Assembly (NCBI RefSeq): GCF_006345805.1
Contig: NC_043001.1
Coordinates: 45,446,001-45,510,000, forward strand
DNA from: Octopus sinensis
Taxonomy: Eukaryota
Direction: 5' to 3'
Length of the DNA: 64,000 bases
The notes under the pieces are model-generated. The model was not told where the DNA came from. It made no database searches and worked only from the letters and a program-made list of their open reading frames with translations. This document shows, piece by piece, positions 24,445-36,830 of this stretch; position 1 is the first letter of the stretch; every line of letters begins with the position of its first letter. The position numbers and the translations under genes are program-made.

Positions 24445-24483
24445 AGCAGCACTATATGGCACCGCAGTGTAGGAGCACAAGTC
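24445..24483 (-). CDS. Candidate short exon (39 nt; an alternative acceptor at 24515 gives VASSKLLSLYQTCAPTLRCHIVLL)
   Basis: Strong donor CTG|GTAAGT and acceptor TTGTCTCTCTATCAG|; unique sequence; no homology recognised. Confidence 0.28.
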
Positions 24484-25571
24484 TGATAGAGAGACAATAG
24501 CTTACTTGATGCAACTGAATCAATTGTGAATGTAGGAAAGTGTCATTATTTAACGGGAGTGAATGAAGATCTGTTAAATGCAACATTATGACTTATTGTA
24601 ATCTACCAATGAAACTCAGTGGGTGTACCTCTCACTGGTCACTAAAGAATATTAGTCATCAACTATGATTGTTTTAAGGCATTTTTGTGAACACTCATCC
24701 CGAGCAAAATAAAACGCTAGCTGCCAGCCAAAATACTTATTTTATTCAAATTCTTGTTCCATATTTGACAATGATGCTATAAAGGTTTGTTTGAATATTT
24801 TCCCATCAATTGTTTTGACTTACAGATGTATAAATAATTACAGAGTTTGGAACTTAAAATCCAGCAATCCACTTTCTTTTTTTTTAACTTAGTATCTTCC
24901 TTTTTTAACTAGATGTACCCATTCAAATCCTCACCTCCAACCAGTTAGGCAATTTCTCAATGTTGACATCACAAAAACTTGAAACTTTTTTTTTTAAGAA
25001 TTGTAGATCTAACATGTTATCCTGTTTAATGTCCCCACATTGTACTAAGGTGCTTCATTCCAATGAAATAGGGCTTTTATGCAGTAAGTCTACTTGCTAG
25101 AAGTAGTATCAAATGTGCTTCAAATGACACCTTGTTGTCTGAAAGTCTTTCAAAAGTCATAAGTCTTACTAAAACTGTGATTGGAAAAAAGTCAAGATGA
25201 CCATGACTGGGATGGTTTAATCATAGGCTTGTTCTAGAGTTGATCTGGTACTAAACAACAATAAAGATGCCCATAACTGAGTTCACTCTGTTGCAAGTAT
25301 ATGGACATAACCCAATTTCTATCCACAATTTTTTGTAGATATTGACCTATAAAAAAATTCACATTTGCATCAATCTCACTAGTCTTGGAAAAGCCTGTAA
25401 AGGTTAGAATCACTGAGCCTTTTCTGACTAACTTTTATTTAATAAAAAAAAGTTTTAAGATTGATATTTGTTAACAAAAGAAATAATAGTACAGCTTCAG
25501 CAAAATTACTATTGGTAAGATACAAGAATGCCAGCTCATGTCACTAAGCAGGACTCTGAAATTTTACTCAC

Positions 25572-25583
25572 CCTCTGTTCAGC
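25572..25583 (-). CDS. Candidate 12-nt microexon (GCTGAACAGAGG)
   Basis: Acceptor GATTTGTTGTTTTCTATTGTAG| and donor AGG|GTGAGTA, both near consensus; frame-preserving length. Confidence 0.25.
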
Positions 25584-26649
25584 CTACAATAGAAAACAAC
25601 AAATCTACAAATGTTGCTAGCAACAGGCTGGTCTCTCATCCATAGAGAGATTTATCTTTTATCCACTGTTGGCATTTCCTTGTCTATTTAGTCAGCATGC
25701 TGAATAATATAAACTTCATTCACCTAGATGCTGGGAATAGACTCTTTATTATCTATGGTAGTTTAGTGTCCAATACAGGGAAGGATTTATCTGTTATCTG
25801 TTAAAATACCATAAAACCAGAGCTAAGCACCAATTTTGTGTGCTCTGTAAACTCAAGAAGACATTTTATTTGCATATATAACATAAATCTAAACAACAAG
25901 GAAGTAAATCTGAGTTCTGATTTTATTTTTTATTTCCTACCACCTGAAAAACTACCACCTGACATTTTATTTTGTCGATTAAAATTTTCTTTTCCTCACA
26001 TCTCTCAATACACTTTCGGTGTTTTGGAACAAGCCAAATGAGGCATTTAATTGAGGTAGCATTGCACATATTCTTAGACACACACATACACACACAGCTC
26101 TACATAATACATAATAGAAAATATTCAAATATCAACAAAATAAACATTACATAACATCCGTATTAAATTCACTTTCCCTAATATTATCCAAACATCCTTC
26201 ATTTTCATAGTTTTGCAGAAAACAGCTGTTTTCTTCATTATAAACCTTACTGCTGTGTTTCTTCAGCCCCTTTTTTTCATATTTCATTTAATTTATTTAT
26301 TCATTCACCAATCCCTACCACCCTATTCCATCTTCAAGGATATTTAAGCAACATATTTCTCATTTGCTCAAACCCAAAGCAGAAATATTTGCTGTCGACT
26401 TCTTTAAACTGTGTTTATTTGTTACAAACAATAGTCACCCTTCCAGTCCCACTCATTTTTCTTTATTTTAATTTTCTTTGTATTATTTCACTAAAAAGCA
26501 TTCAAGCTTTCCTATGCACCACAAAATCAATAAACTAAATTAGCAACATAAAATAAAGATTATGAGAAATGAAAATTAACAACATTAGATTTGTTTCATT
26601 CAATATTTTGGGGGAGATTTAATGAAACTGAGATAGAGACAAATAAATA

Positions 26650-27160
26650 CAGGGGTTTGGGCTAAATTTGACGATATTTTATATCTCCTTTTTTTTCAGG
26701 AACAGCATGATGTGTTGGTGAACAGTCAACAGCATTAGAGAACATAAAGATTAAAGTTGGAGTTGAGAAAAAGTTAGCTGACATGAAGGACTGGAAACCA
26801 TCTGAATGTTACTTGTATAATGATAACATGCACTGGGTATCAAAATGTCAATATTATGGTTGCTGCTCAATGCACGGTGAACACTGTAAAAGTTGTGAAA
26901 TGTGTTACACATATCATAAAAATCAAGTTGCCCCAAATTGTGATGGCATATGTGTATCCAGTGAGGGTGACATCATGCTGCCACACATTTTTGAACAGAG
27001 CCTTAGGCTCAATTCAGATGACTATGTAAAGCTGCTGGAGACTGTAGTCAAACCTTGGCTGGAGAAGGTTGCTGTTGGAAGGCCATAAGTATAGCAGCAA
27101 GATTCAGCTCCCTATCATACCTCTGGTAAGAGCCAGAAGTGGTTATCAGAGAATTATTAT
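26650..27160 (+). mobile_element. IS630-Tc1-mariner transposon 5' fragment, internally deleted, truncated at a SINE cluster
   Basis: TA|CAGGGGT terminus. ORF 26783-27088 has CVSSEGDIMLPHIFEQSLRLNSDDYVKLLETVVKPWLEKVAVGRP, continuing past stops as QQDSAPYHTSGKSQKWLSEN (second catalytic D motif). Confidence 0.75.
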
Positions 27161-27792
27161 TAAGACAGTAAGCTGGCAGAATCATTAGCATACCAGGCAA
27201 AATACTTAGCGGTATTTCACCTGCCACTATGTTCTGAGTTCAAATTCCGCTGAAGACGATTTGCCTTTCATCCTTTCAGGGTCAATAAATTAAGTATCAG
27301 TGAAACATTGAGGTCGATATAATCGTCTCCTCACACCAAATTTCAAGTCTTATGCTTATAGTAGAAAGGATTATTATTATTATTATTATCATTATTATTA
27401 TTATTATTGTTAAGTCAGCAAGCTAGCAGAATCATTAGCATGTCAGGAAAAACTTCCCAGCATTTTTCCCAATTTTAAGTTCCAAGTTCAAATGCCATAG
27501 AGGTCAACTTTGCCTTTTAGAATCAATAAAATAAGCCTAATCCTCCAAAATTTCAGACCTTATACCTATAGTAGAAATCATTATTATTTTATTTTATTAT
27601 TATTAATAAGGCAGCAAGTTGGCAGAATCATTAACATACCAAACAAAATGCTTAACAATATTTCTTCTGGCTTTATGTTCTGAGTTCAAATTCCACCGAT
27701 ACCAAATTTGCTTTTCATCCTTTTGGGGTTGAGCCCCCTTCCAAAAAATTTCAGGTCTTGTGCCTATGACAGAAAGGATTATTATTATTATT
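27161..27792 (+). mobile_element. Three head-to-tail SINE family B copies separated by (ATT)n tracts
   Basis: AGCTGGCAGAATCATTAGCA-type heads at ~27171, ~27421 and ~27617, each followed by GAGTTCAAAT, TTTGCCTTT and a GAAAGGATTATTATT-type tail. Confidence 0.9.
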
Positions 27793-28557
27793 TAGATTGG
27801 AACCCAACAAATCAGATATCCACCTTCCTATAGATACTTGAGTGTAATAAGTATGTAATGACATAAAACCTAAATTTAATTGCAAAGATCATGATAACTA
27901 GAGGATTGCAGAGGAATGTCTTCTCCAAACTATTTTCAACTCCTCCAAACAGGAGGGGGTTGAAAATGAAAACTATCCCCATACCCTAAATTTGAAACGT
28001 ACTTCTGTAAGGAACCAATATTAGAGTACACAGTAGTTTGACAGAATCAGAACCCCCAAGCAAATATAGTATTTGATTCATCACTATATATACTGAGCTC
28101 AAATCTCACTAAAGTCAATTTTGTCTTCATCCTTTTGGTGGTTGATAAAGTTTGTACCAATCAAGTACTGAAGTTGAGTTAAATTACTATACTTATGACC
28201 CCAAAATGCCAATTTGAGAAATTAATATTTCAATACTACAACTAACTATAGTAGCCAACTGTCCATCATTGGTTGGTTGTACAATGATCTATCAACTCCA
28301 ATGTCCATTCTTTGATTTGTATCAAAGAGACCATGAAATAATGCAGGTAAAGGCAGGAAGTCTACAATGATTGGATAATTACTCATGATCTATAGCAAGG
28401 ACTTGAGTTAGGTTTAATAAAATTTGAGTAAGAAACTCAAAAACAAAGCAATTGTTTACAACAATAGTTAACAATTACAGCTAGCTTTCTGTGATTGTCA
28501 GGAACAGTTACAAAGAATTACCATGAGATTTACATAAAATTGTAAGCAACAATTATA

Positions 28558-28926
28558 GGCACAAGAGTGGCTGTGTGGTAAGTAGTTTGCTTACCAGCCA
28601 CATAGTTTCAGTTTCAGTCACACTGCATGGCACCTTGGGCAAGTCTCTTCTACTATAGCCTCAGGCTGACGAAAGCCTTGTGAGTGGATTTGGTAGACAG
28701 AAACTGAAAGAAGCCTGTCATATGTATGTATGTGTGTGTGTGTGTGTGTGCATCTGCGTTTGTCCCCTCTCCACACCCTCACTGGATAACCAATGTTGGT
28801 GTGTTTACATCCCCGTAACTTAGCGGTTCAGCAAAAGACACCAATAGAATAAGTACTAGGCTTACAAAGAATAAGTCCTGGGGTTCGATCTGTTCGACTA
28901 AAGGCAGTACTCCAGCATGACCACAT
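28558..28926 (+). mobile_element. tRNA-derived SINE, family A
   Basis: Colinear with 2481-2869. Confidence 0.88.
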
Positions 28927-29878
28927 AAAAAAAAAAACAGTTGCTAAGAAATACAGCTAGGTTTTTGGTGTCTTTCTCCAACTAAGGTAGAAATTTCAGT
29001 CAATTGGAAATATTTCTGATGTACATTATTCAGTTGTCTTTTTATCATTATCATTGTCTGAAGATCATAGGTTTAGATAAAGCAGATAACTATTTTAAAG
29101 ATGTTAGAAAGTTTGTTGAAGATTTGATAACTGTATTGAATAAGGTGAGGAATGACAAAAATGCTGCTTGAGGTTCGACAAATAATAAGCTAACTGACCT
29201 ACTAAAACAAGGTACAGAAATATCTAGTTGTGCAGACTTGTTCAACCCATGGAAACATGATGAGGATCAGAGTTGAGAAGAATAAAAGATAGTAAGCAGA
29301 AGATGATTTCAAAGACAAAAAAGAAATAGCAAAAAGATACACTGACAGGGCGTCAACAGGAAGTTGTACAAACAATGCAGTAACTGTATTGAGTGTGTGA
29401 ATAAGAAGTCTTGTAGCCGGAATGACACCTGCATGTTGGAACAGTTATTGTATATTATGAAAACGTTTTTTCAATCTAGAAAAATCTAGAAACATGTTTG
29501 TGTTTATCTATGTAAGGGTGTTTGTCATCTCTTCACTGAGGACAGAACTAAGGTCAGTGGTTGAAAAGAAAATAAGATACTGTGAGGATGAATAGAAAAT
29601 AGTTCACATCTGTAAGTTATCAATAATACTGAAACAGAAATCTATTATAGCAGAAACAAACCATACTGCCACCACTATTCACCCAACATTACTTCCAATT
29701 TTCAATCTACCGCTAAGTTTCCAAAACTCAAAAACTTATAAGTATTATTTTTCTACATATGGACTCACTCAACATGTCTTTTTCTTCTGTTTTTTAAATA
29801 CTGCTGTTACCACACAACCTTTCTTTTATATAGCTTATCTGTGAAAGAAGCTTATTGATATAATAACCTCCACCTCAC

Positions 29879-29919
29879 CTTTTGCCTACATTATACAGCC
29901 TGTAAGTGTCAACTTCAGA
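29879..29919 (-). CDS. Candidate exon of unidentified host gene (SEVDTYRLYNVGK[R])
   Basis: Acceptor CATTTTGTTTCAG| and donor AAG|GTGAGG, both strong; 41 nt; only one frame open (phase 0 to phase 2), compatible with joining 14453-14522. Confidence 0.42.
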
Positions 29920-30036
29920 CTGAAACAAAATGGGTGTATTCTGATGTTCAAAGCTTATTGAAGACAGTGGATTCATATGCAAAAGAAACACATTCATAGA
30001 AAGTTTATTTTCCTTTACACAAGAATGTGTGTGTGT

Positions 30037-30070
<34 letters not shown>

Positions 30071-30109
30071 AAGAGAGAGAGAGAGCAAGCATTATTTTAA
30101 TACCCACTT

Positions 30110-30420
30110 TTCGATGCTCACATAGATAAGACAGGATTTGCTGAGGCAGAATTTCTAAGTCTGGACACCCTTCCTGTTGCCAAACAAGGTAAATCTTTCC
30201 CCACACCTAGAGACATTTTCATGAGAGATTGGAAACAAAAGACACCACTTGCATGACAGTGACACTTGTTTACAATTATCACATGATGTCAAGGCAAGGA
30301 GACAGTAACAAAAACACACACACACACATGCATTACAGGCTTCCTTTAGTTTCCATCTACCACATTCACTAACAGGCCTTTGGTCAGCTCAGGACTACAT
30401 AAAGATGCCCAAGATGTTAT
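30110..30420 (-). mobile_element. SINE with family-A core and an RTE-like 3' end
   Basis: Minus strand: core GTAGATGGAAACTAAAGGAAGCC, (TG)n, CCTTGCCTTGACATC, then GGCAACAGGAAGGGTGTCCAG...GAGCATCGAAAAGTGGGTATTAAAATAATG, which resembles the RTE 3' core and tail. Confidence 0.6.
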
Positions 30421-31489
30421 GCAGGGGGACTCGTATACAAACACACACACGTGCATGCACAATTCCTTCAATTTGCTGTATCCAGCAACTATGAAATTTG
30501 GTGTTCCTAATTTAATCAACTTTGTTTGCTTGACTATTTCATTACCTCTGAAAATACAGAAGTTAGGGAAAATTCACATTATTTTTAATTAATAATTTCT
30601 AAACAATACAGAAGGACAGATTCCTTGTGGAATTTTTTTGCATACTTTGACATTGTTGAGTTCAAAGTCAACCAAAGTTGACTTCACTTTCATCTTTCTA
30701 TGCTTGATAAAATAAGGATCCATCCCTTAAATTTGAGACCTTGTGCAAATTTTAAAAATTGTTAATATAACTATGCAAAATAATGTTTTTAGTAAGTTAT
30801 TTGAATATATGCCAAGCAAGTTAAACTTGTTACATATATACTGAAACACAAAAGTAATACATTCATACATGTCTATATAACAATATTTCATTCAAATATT
30901 TTGTTACAATAGTCATAACAACATAAATCGAAATACAGACCACATATAACAATGACTTCATTGAATACAGGCTCAGGTATACAACTCATCAGAAAAGAAT
31001 AAAAGAAGTGACAAAAAGCAGTAATACTGGCCAACATTAGACCAAATAGTTCAATTATGCAAATGAAACAGGGCATGAGAAGGGAGGTATCACATCAAAT
31101 ATAACTTTAGGTTTTATTTATGGATTTACATGTTTGTAAATGGACTTGCTTTGGATGATTTTAAATACACTTTTATGGTAAAGCTAAAGCATCAACATCA
31201 TTCTATGTTCATTTGAGTTCAATGAATTGTAGAAGTATATAGAAGAATGTATTAAATGCTCAACATACTGACATTTCCTAAAATTCTAGAAACTATTCCC
31301 AAAAGGTAGCTGAACTAGAATAAAACTGAATAAGACATTTGACAGAGAAACAAAACAGAATGCTTGCAGCAGAACTGATTTCATTCTCATACAATGACAT
31401 GTATATTGTATCTACTTGTTTGTTAGTTTGTTTTTTCATTATTAAGTTGGTGAGAGAAGGAATGTTAGTAACATAATAATATTAAGACA

Positions 31490-32305
31490 TGTCCAAACAC
31501 TGGTGGATCTGGGTGACACATATCTAGGGACCAGGCCTTCTCCAAGTCCAATATACTTAGCCACTATGGCTAAGCATATCTGATTTATAACTGGGGTTCT
31601 TGACAGTACAACCACCCGAGGCCAGAGTGAATCTAAGAGTAGCAATGACTAAGGTTTAACTCCTTACTCTCCAAAACTCCAGACCTCCTGAACTAGAGCC
31701 TCATTACTAGATGCAGTTTGATATACTGCCCAAAGCCTTCTACCTAAAGACATGATATATATATTTAAAAAATACTAATGTTCAGTTTGAATTTCTGTAG
31801 ATCAATACTTCTCTCTCACTCCATTCATGCACATGTTTTATAGGGCATAGGGGACCTCTATGACAAAATGTGAAAATGATTTTTCTTGGGAAAAGATACA
31901 GCAGCAATTTTTTGTTAGCTTTCTGTTGATTTATTTACAGTTTATTCTGCTAGTTTCCCATTCTCCTAAGATTATCCTTAAGGCACAGAATTCATTCAAT
32001 CCTTAGGTAGGGAGACTGGCTCATGTGATGTTAGATCATGTATAGACACTTGTGGACCTGTGTAACACATGTTTAGGGCAATCCATCATTAAGTTCTGTA
32101 CACTTTAACCACAGGTTCATCCTCTATTTGACTTATAACTGGAGTTTTTGACAGTACAACCACCTTGGGCAAGTGTGACCTGAAAGTAATGGTAACTAAG
32201 TGTTAACTCTTTACTCTCCCAAACTCCTGAACTCTTATCTGGAGCCTTACCACCAGATACGGTTTGATATATCTTGCCCAAGGCCTTCAATATAGAGACA
32301 TACTA
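31490..32305 (+). repeat. Two copies (31490-31755, 32038-32305) of a ~270-bp interspersed repeat, family D; third copy ~46585-46850
   Basis: Shared TTATAACTGG..TT.TTGACAGTACAACCACC, TAACTC.TTACTCTCC, GGAGCCT/AGAGCCT and GCCCAA.GCCTTC; CCTTCTCCAAGTCC is shared by 31533 and 46615. Confidence 0.7.
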
Positions 32306-32819
32306 AAACAAACGCTAAAGATTGCTTCACTCCCAGTTGTTCTACAGCATGCTGGCAACAGATACATTTTAATCACATTGACTGAAAAATTATTCCACCA
32401 CATGAATTGATTCTCTGTTCCAAACCAAAACAACACATACCAGTATTGTAAACTAGTACTGCATACAATGATAATAAATATGATGCTAACAATTTTTACA
32501 GGGGACAATTCTTACCAGTACATGTGTCAACTGTACCCATTTAGATTGTAAAAAGAGAATTAAAAAATTATCTTTTTTATCAGCAAAATAATTACACATT
32601 GAAATTACTCAAAATAAATTTATGACTTTTGGCAGTAAATGAATTTGCAGACATGTACTAAATATGAATAAACTGAAGTAATTTTCCTTTCCATTTTATA
32701 GAGCTTAATTTTCTAACATGCTCAAGTTCTTGGCTATTATATATAATTAGATACTCTATATTTGGAATATGAATATTCCTATCAGACTGAAGAATCATCT
32801 GCTGATGGTTATTTTTACC

Positions 32820-32881
32820 CGTTTTTCCAGAATAAAAATTTAGCTATTGCTGGCACACCTTTGTTTTCCTGCACCCCATCC
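32820..32881 (-). CDS. Candidate exon (DGVQENKGVPAIAKFLFWKN[G])
   Basis: Donor CGG|GTAAAA and acceptor GTTGTATTAG|; 62 nt open frame; no homology recognised. Confidence 0.22.
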
Positions 32882-33578
32882 TAATACAACTCCAAAGGAA
32901 TCCTGTCAAGTAACACCCAGACTATTAATATGAAGTTAACAACGACAACAGCAACAACAATGATGATGAGGAGGAGGAGGATAATGATGATGCTTTCCAA
33001 GCAAAAGTACATTCTTTCTCCTTACAGACAATTTCAACTTTAATACATGAGCCATCTGCTGGTGATTCATCATTAGCCAATATATCTTCATCTTAAACTT
33101 TAAGCAGTCTATTATCACTTCCATTTGACTATAAATGACAGCTGCATCAAGTCTATTATCATCAAAATATGAATGACAAGAGTATTTATGTTTCTTTTCT
33201 GTTATGTTGTGTTATGCTACGCTTGTTTTATTTTTAATGAATTCCACATGAAGGAGATGTCTTTGAAGAATCCTGATAATTAATGTAGACATGTATAGTG
33301 AAGTTAAGACTTTTGACTTGCTAAAGATTTTATCGCTATATACTCCATTCATTACCAACTCATCAATGTGCATCTCTCAGCAAATCATTGCAATTAAATC
33401 TCAGATATAAAATATAAATTGCATGATTGTTTCTTTTAATTACAAATGAAAGAATAAAAATGTAAACAAAATTTAAACAAATAAAAATTGAAACAAAGCT
33501 AAACATAGTAATACAAAGAGTACGCCTATGAGAGGAGTTTCACACATTTTTATCCTTTCTCATATGAACATGTTTTGT

Positions 33579-33800
33579 GGGTGCAGGCATGGCCCTGTAG
33601 TCAAGGAGCTTGCTTCACAATCACATGGTTTTGGGCTCAATCCCACTGTTCAGAACAGTGTACAAATATCTTGTATAGTAACAGGTAAACCTAAGCCTTG
33701 AATGAAATTGTATAGGTAGAAACTATGCAGAAGTTTTACACTTCCTTTTCTAAGTTATGTGTGTATGTGCATGTGAGCATGCACATGTATGTGTACAGTA
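33579..33800 (+). mobile_element. Diverged SINE family A (head and core)
   Basis: GGGTGCAGGCATGGCC...GCTTGCTTCACAATCACATGG...TCAATCCCACTG...GGTAGAAACT. Confidence 0.65.
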
Positions 33801-33959
33801 ATAACACAGCACTATACAGTGTCTTTGTAGACAGAGTTTGGCCAATGGTTAGGAAGTTTGCTTTACAATCAGGAGGTCTTGGTTTCAAATCATAGTACGT
33901 AGGGCATCAAGTTGACCCATACCTACATTTGGGATAAGACTAAATTCTTCCTTACACAC

Positions 33960-35200
33960 TAGTTGCTTTTTCAAAAAATGCATCTTATGTTCTCTGTATC
34001 TTCTTGGATCATCTCTTATGAACCAGTTCACATTAGCAGTATATCATGTCCAAAATACCTTTCTTTGCTTGCTGCTGCACTCTTAGTCAAGGTTATCCTC
34101 AGTAATCTTGATAATGCTGTTAAATGAGAAATTCAGAAATGAACAATTCTTTCTGGTGTTACTAGCACAACAGAAGGATCTTCATTTGACATGTGCTGCC
34201 TTGCTAACTCAAGTAATTCTTTAGCCCTTTCATTACCAATCCGGTTGAAACCAGCTCTGGCTCTGAGTACAAATGTTTTGTTTTCATAAGTTTTGAATTA
34301 AAATCTTCCACCAAACCTTAGTCACAATTTATGTTCCTAACACTAGCTGAATGATAACTAAGCTATTTTACTAAATTCTTTGTTATATTTGAAGTAATTG
34401 AAAGAAACACAGAGCATCTCAAAATAAATACAGTAATGAAAGGGTTAATAAACTCTTACTATAAGATTCTATTAACTCCTCCAAATCTTCTGCACTGATG
34501 TTGTGCATTCTCCCTTCAGTGGCCAACTCAGTGACGTCATTGATAACTAGAAGTCATAATACCAAACTCTGCAATTTTTGGTTACTTTGACCCAAGCCGA
34601 CTTGATATTTATGCAGGATCTGAAAAACTGCTACACTTGTCTTTCCCACCCCCCACCCCCATCAACAAATTGTTTAAAAGTCATGGTAAGTGTCAGAAGC
34701 CCTGTCAATTATACCCTGATCCACAGGTTGTAATACATAAATGTTTGATGGTAGGCAAAAACTACTTCAACAAGAATGCTGGTCTGCAGTGTCGTTGAAA
34801 TTTGGAGGATGGCCTGGAGCATTAGGTATAAGGTTGTATTCTTCACAACATTTTTTCACTGCCAGATAAAAACAACATTCGAAAATTTCTTTGGTCATCT
34901 AGGCTTTGTTTGATTCTAAAATAACATGCAGTTGAGTTTTCTATATGCCCCTCATTTATCCTTAACAAGTCAACTTCTTTGCTGAAAATAATGAAGTCAT
35001 CATAGATGAAGTTTTTATTTTGTCTACATTTTGCACGGTAGCTCTAATTTTTGATATAGCCAAGTTTAAAAATTTACCGACATATACCTGACATTCATCA
35101 GCTTCTGATAATCTCAACACTTGTGATTTTACATCCAATGTTATATTTTTTCTTGGGATGTTGAATAAACTTTTAGCACTTGGAAAAGCAGGCTATTTTC
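33960..35200 (-). mobile_element. Degenerate, internally deleted pogo/Tigger (CENP-B-type) transposon
   Basis: Minus-strand remnants: RKNITLDVKSQVLRLSE..LNLAISKIRATVQNVDKIK (HTH); SNKA*MTKEIF; NAPGHPPN; EVVF..P..LQPVDQGII; VTELATEGRMHNISAEDLEELIESYSKSL..ELLELA. Confidence 0.75.
34225..34444. mobile_element. 220-bp piggyBac-type MITE inserted in the pogo relic
   Basis: Perfect 12-bp TIRs CCCTTTCATTAC (34225-34236) and GTAATGAAAGGG (34433-34444), flanked by TTAG and TTAA (TTAA TSD with one substitution). Confidence 0.85.
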
Positions 35201-36796
35201 CACTCATGAAGAGTAAAAAAAACTAAACAATTCAGGTGTATGTGGAAGTAAGCATAAGTGTGAATCATAGTTTCTTACATTCCTTCATAGTTTCAATTTC
35301 TTGGAAAAACATTCATCTTAATAAATTTATTTTTTAGGAAAACACTTTTTTGTAAAAGAAACTATTTTCACCTTCATTTTTACTTTCATGGAAGGCAAAT
35401 GGTAAGATAGCAATGAAAGTATTCTTGTTTCTTGCTATCTTTTATTATCTTTTTACACTTCTGAAAACTTTTTGCACTACAAATTTTATTCTCACTTCAC
35501 ATTTAAACAACCTTCACTCTGGTAAAAAACCAAAGACTTTAAGCAATAAAAGAAACAATGAGTAGATACTTGCTGAGAAAGAATGAGATAACACAGACAG
35601 GAAATAAGAGATAGTCAAAAATCATTGGTAAATAAGAGCCAACATGAGCAAGCACATATAAATGGGATACTTAAAATACCAGTGCAAAAGACAAATACAA
35701 AGAAAGAACATAGATGATGAACAACAAGTTGATTATATGCAACAACATCAAGAGTTAAGTGCATCAAAGTAATGAACTTCAAGAAAGGAAAAAAGTCTGA
35801 CAAGAAAAACATAAGGGCAGAACAGTTCCTTAATTTGAGAAATATTCAAACAAGAAGACAATATTAGAGACAAATTTTGTGTTACTATACACCATCAAAA
35901 TGAACTTCTTTTTTTTTTTTTTAAATTTCAATCCATTGTCTGGCTCAGTCATGAGCAGCCCTTTACAAAAAGTGGTTCACATGAGACATAGCTCACTATG
36001 AAGTAGGCCACACACTAAAAAAATTTTGTTTAAATGTATCATTCAAAAAGCCCCACAGGCAATAGCTTGCCCATGACTGGTCTAGGTCATTATCATAAGA
36101 ATCTTCAGTATAATGAAACAATATAGTAAAGATTATATAAATTCATGCATCAAAAGTAAAGACGGTTATAATTTTGGTTGAATTTCCAAGGTCTCATGAG
36201 TTATCATCTACTGTTGTCCCACTGAAAATATCTCCAAGAAAAAAAAAAGAGTGCTATGCTATAGCAAATCAACTCTAAACAGGGTAGCATTAAGTGGGGT
36301 ATTACTTTGTATGTACACACACATATAAATACTTTACAGAAAATAGAGGAAATCTAGGATGCAGAATAGCTATGAAAACAACTTAAAAGATCAGGTAAAT
36401 ACCCTTTGGAGACAGAAAAAGGTGGCCAGCAAGACACTACAAAAAATATATGTATGTAAATACACACACACACACACACACAGAAGGTGGAGTGGGGGAT
36501 AAAGAGAGAGTTGATGTAGGACTCACACTTCAGGAAAACAAGCACATACAAATGAGAAACTTGGAGAAGCAAAAGAGAAAATCAACAGCTTCAACAAAAT
36601 AAGTAGCACTTTTCCTTCTGTGTAGACATTTGTGCAGTGGTGCAGTGCATGCATGTGCATGCACACACAAGCTTGTACTGTTGTTTGTCAAATCTGATTG
36701 TTAGCAATTATTAGGAAGAATTGCTTTTTAAATGTGGATGTCCTTTTACTGCTACAGTGAAAGACAGGGTACATCTCACCAGACAGACTGAGGCAA

Positions 36797-36830
<34 letters not shown>

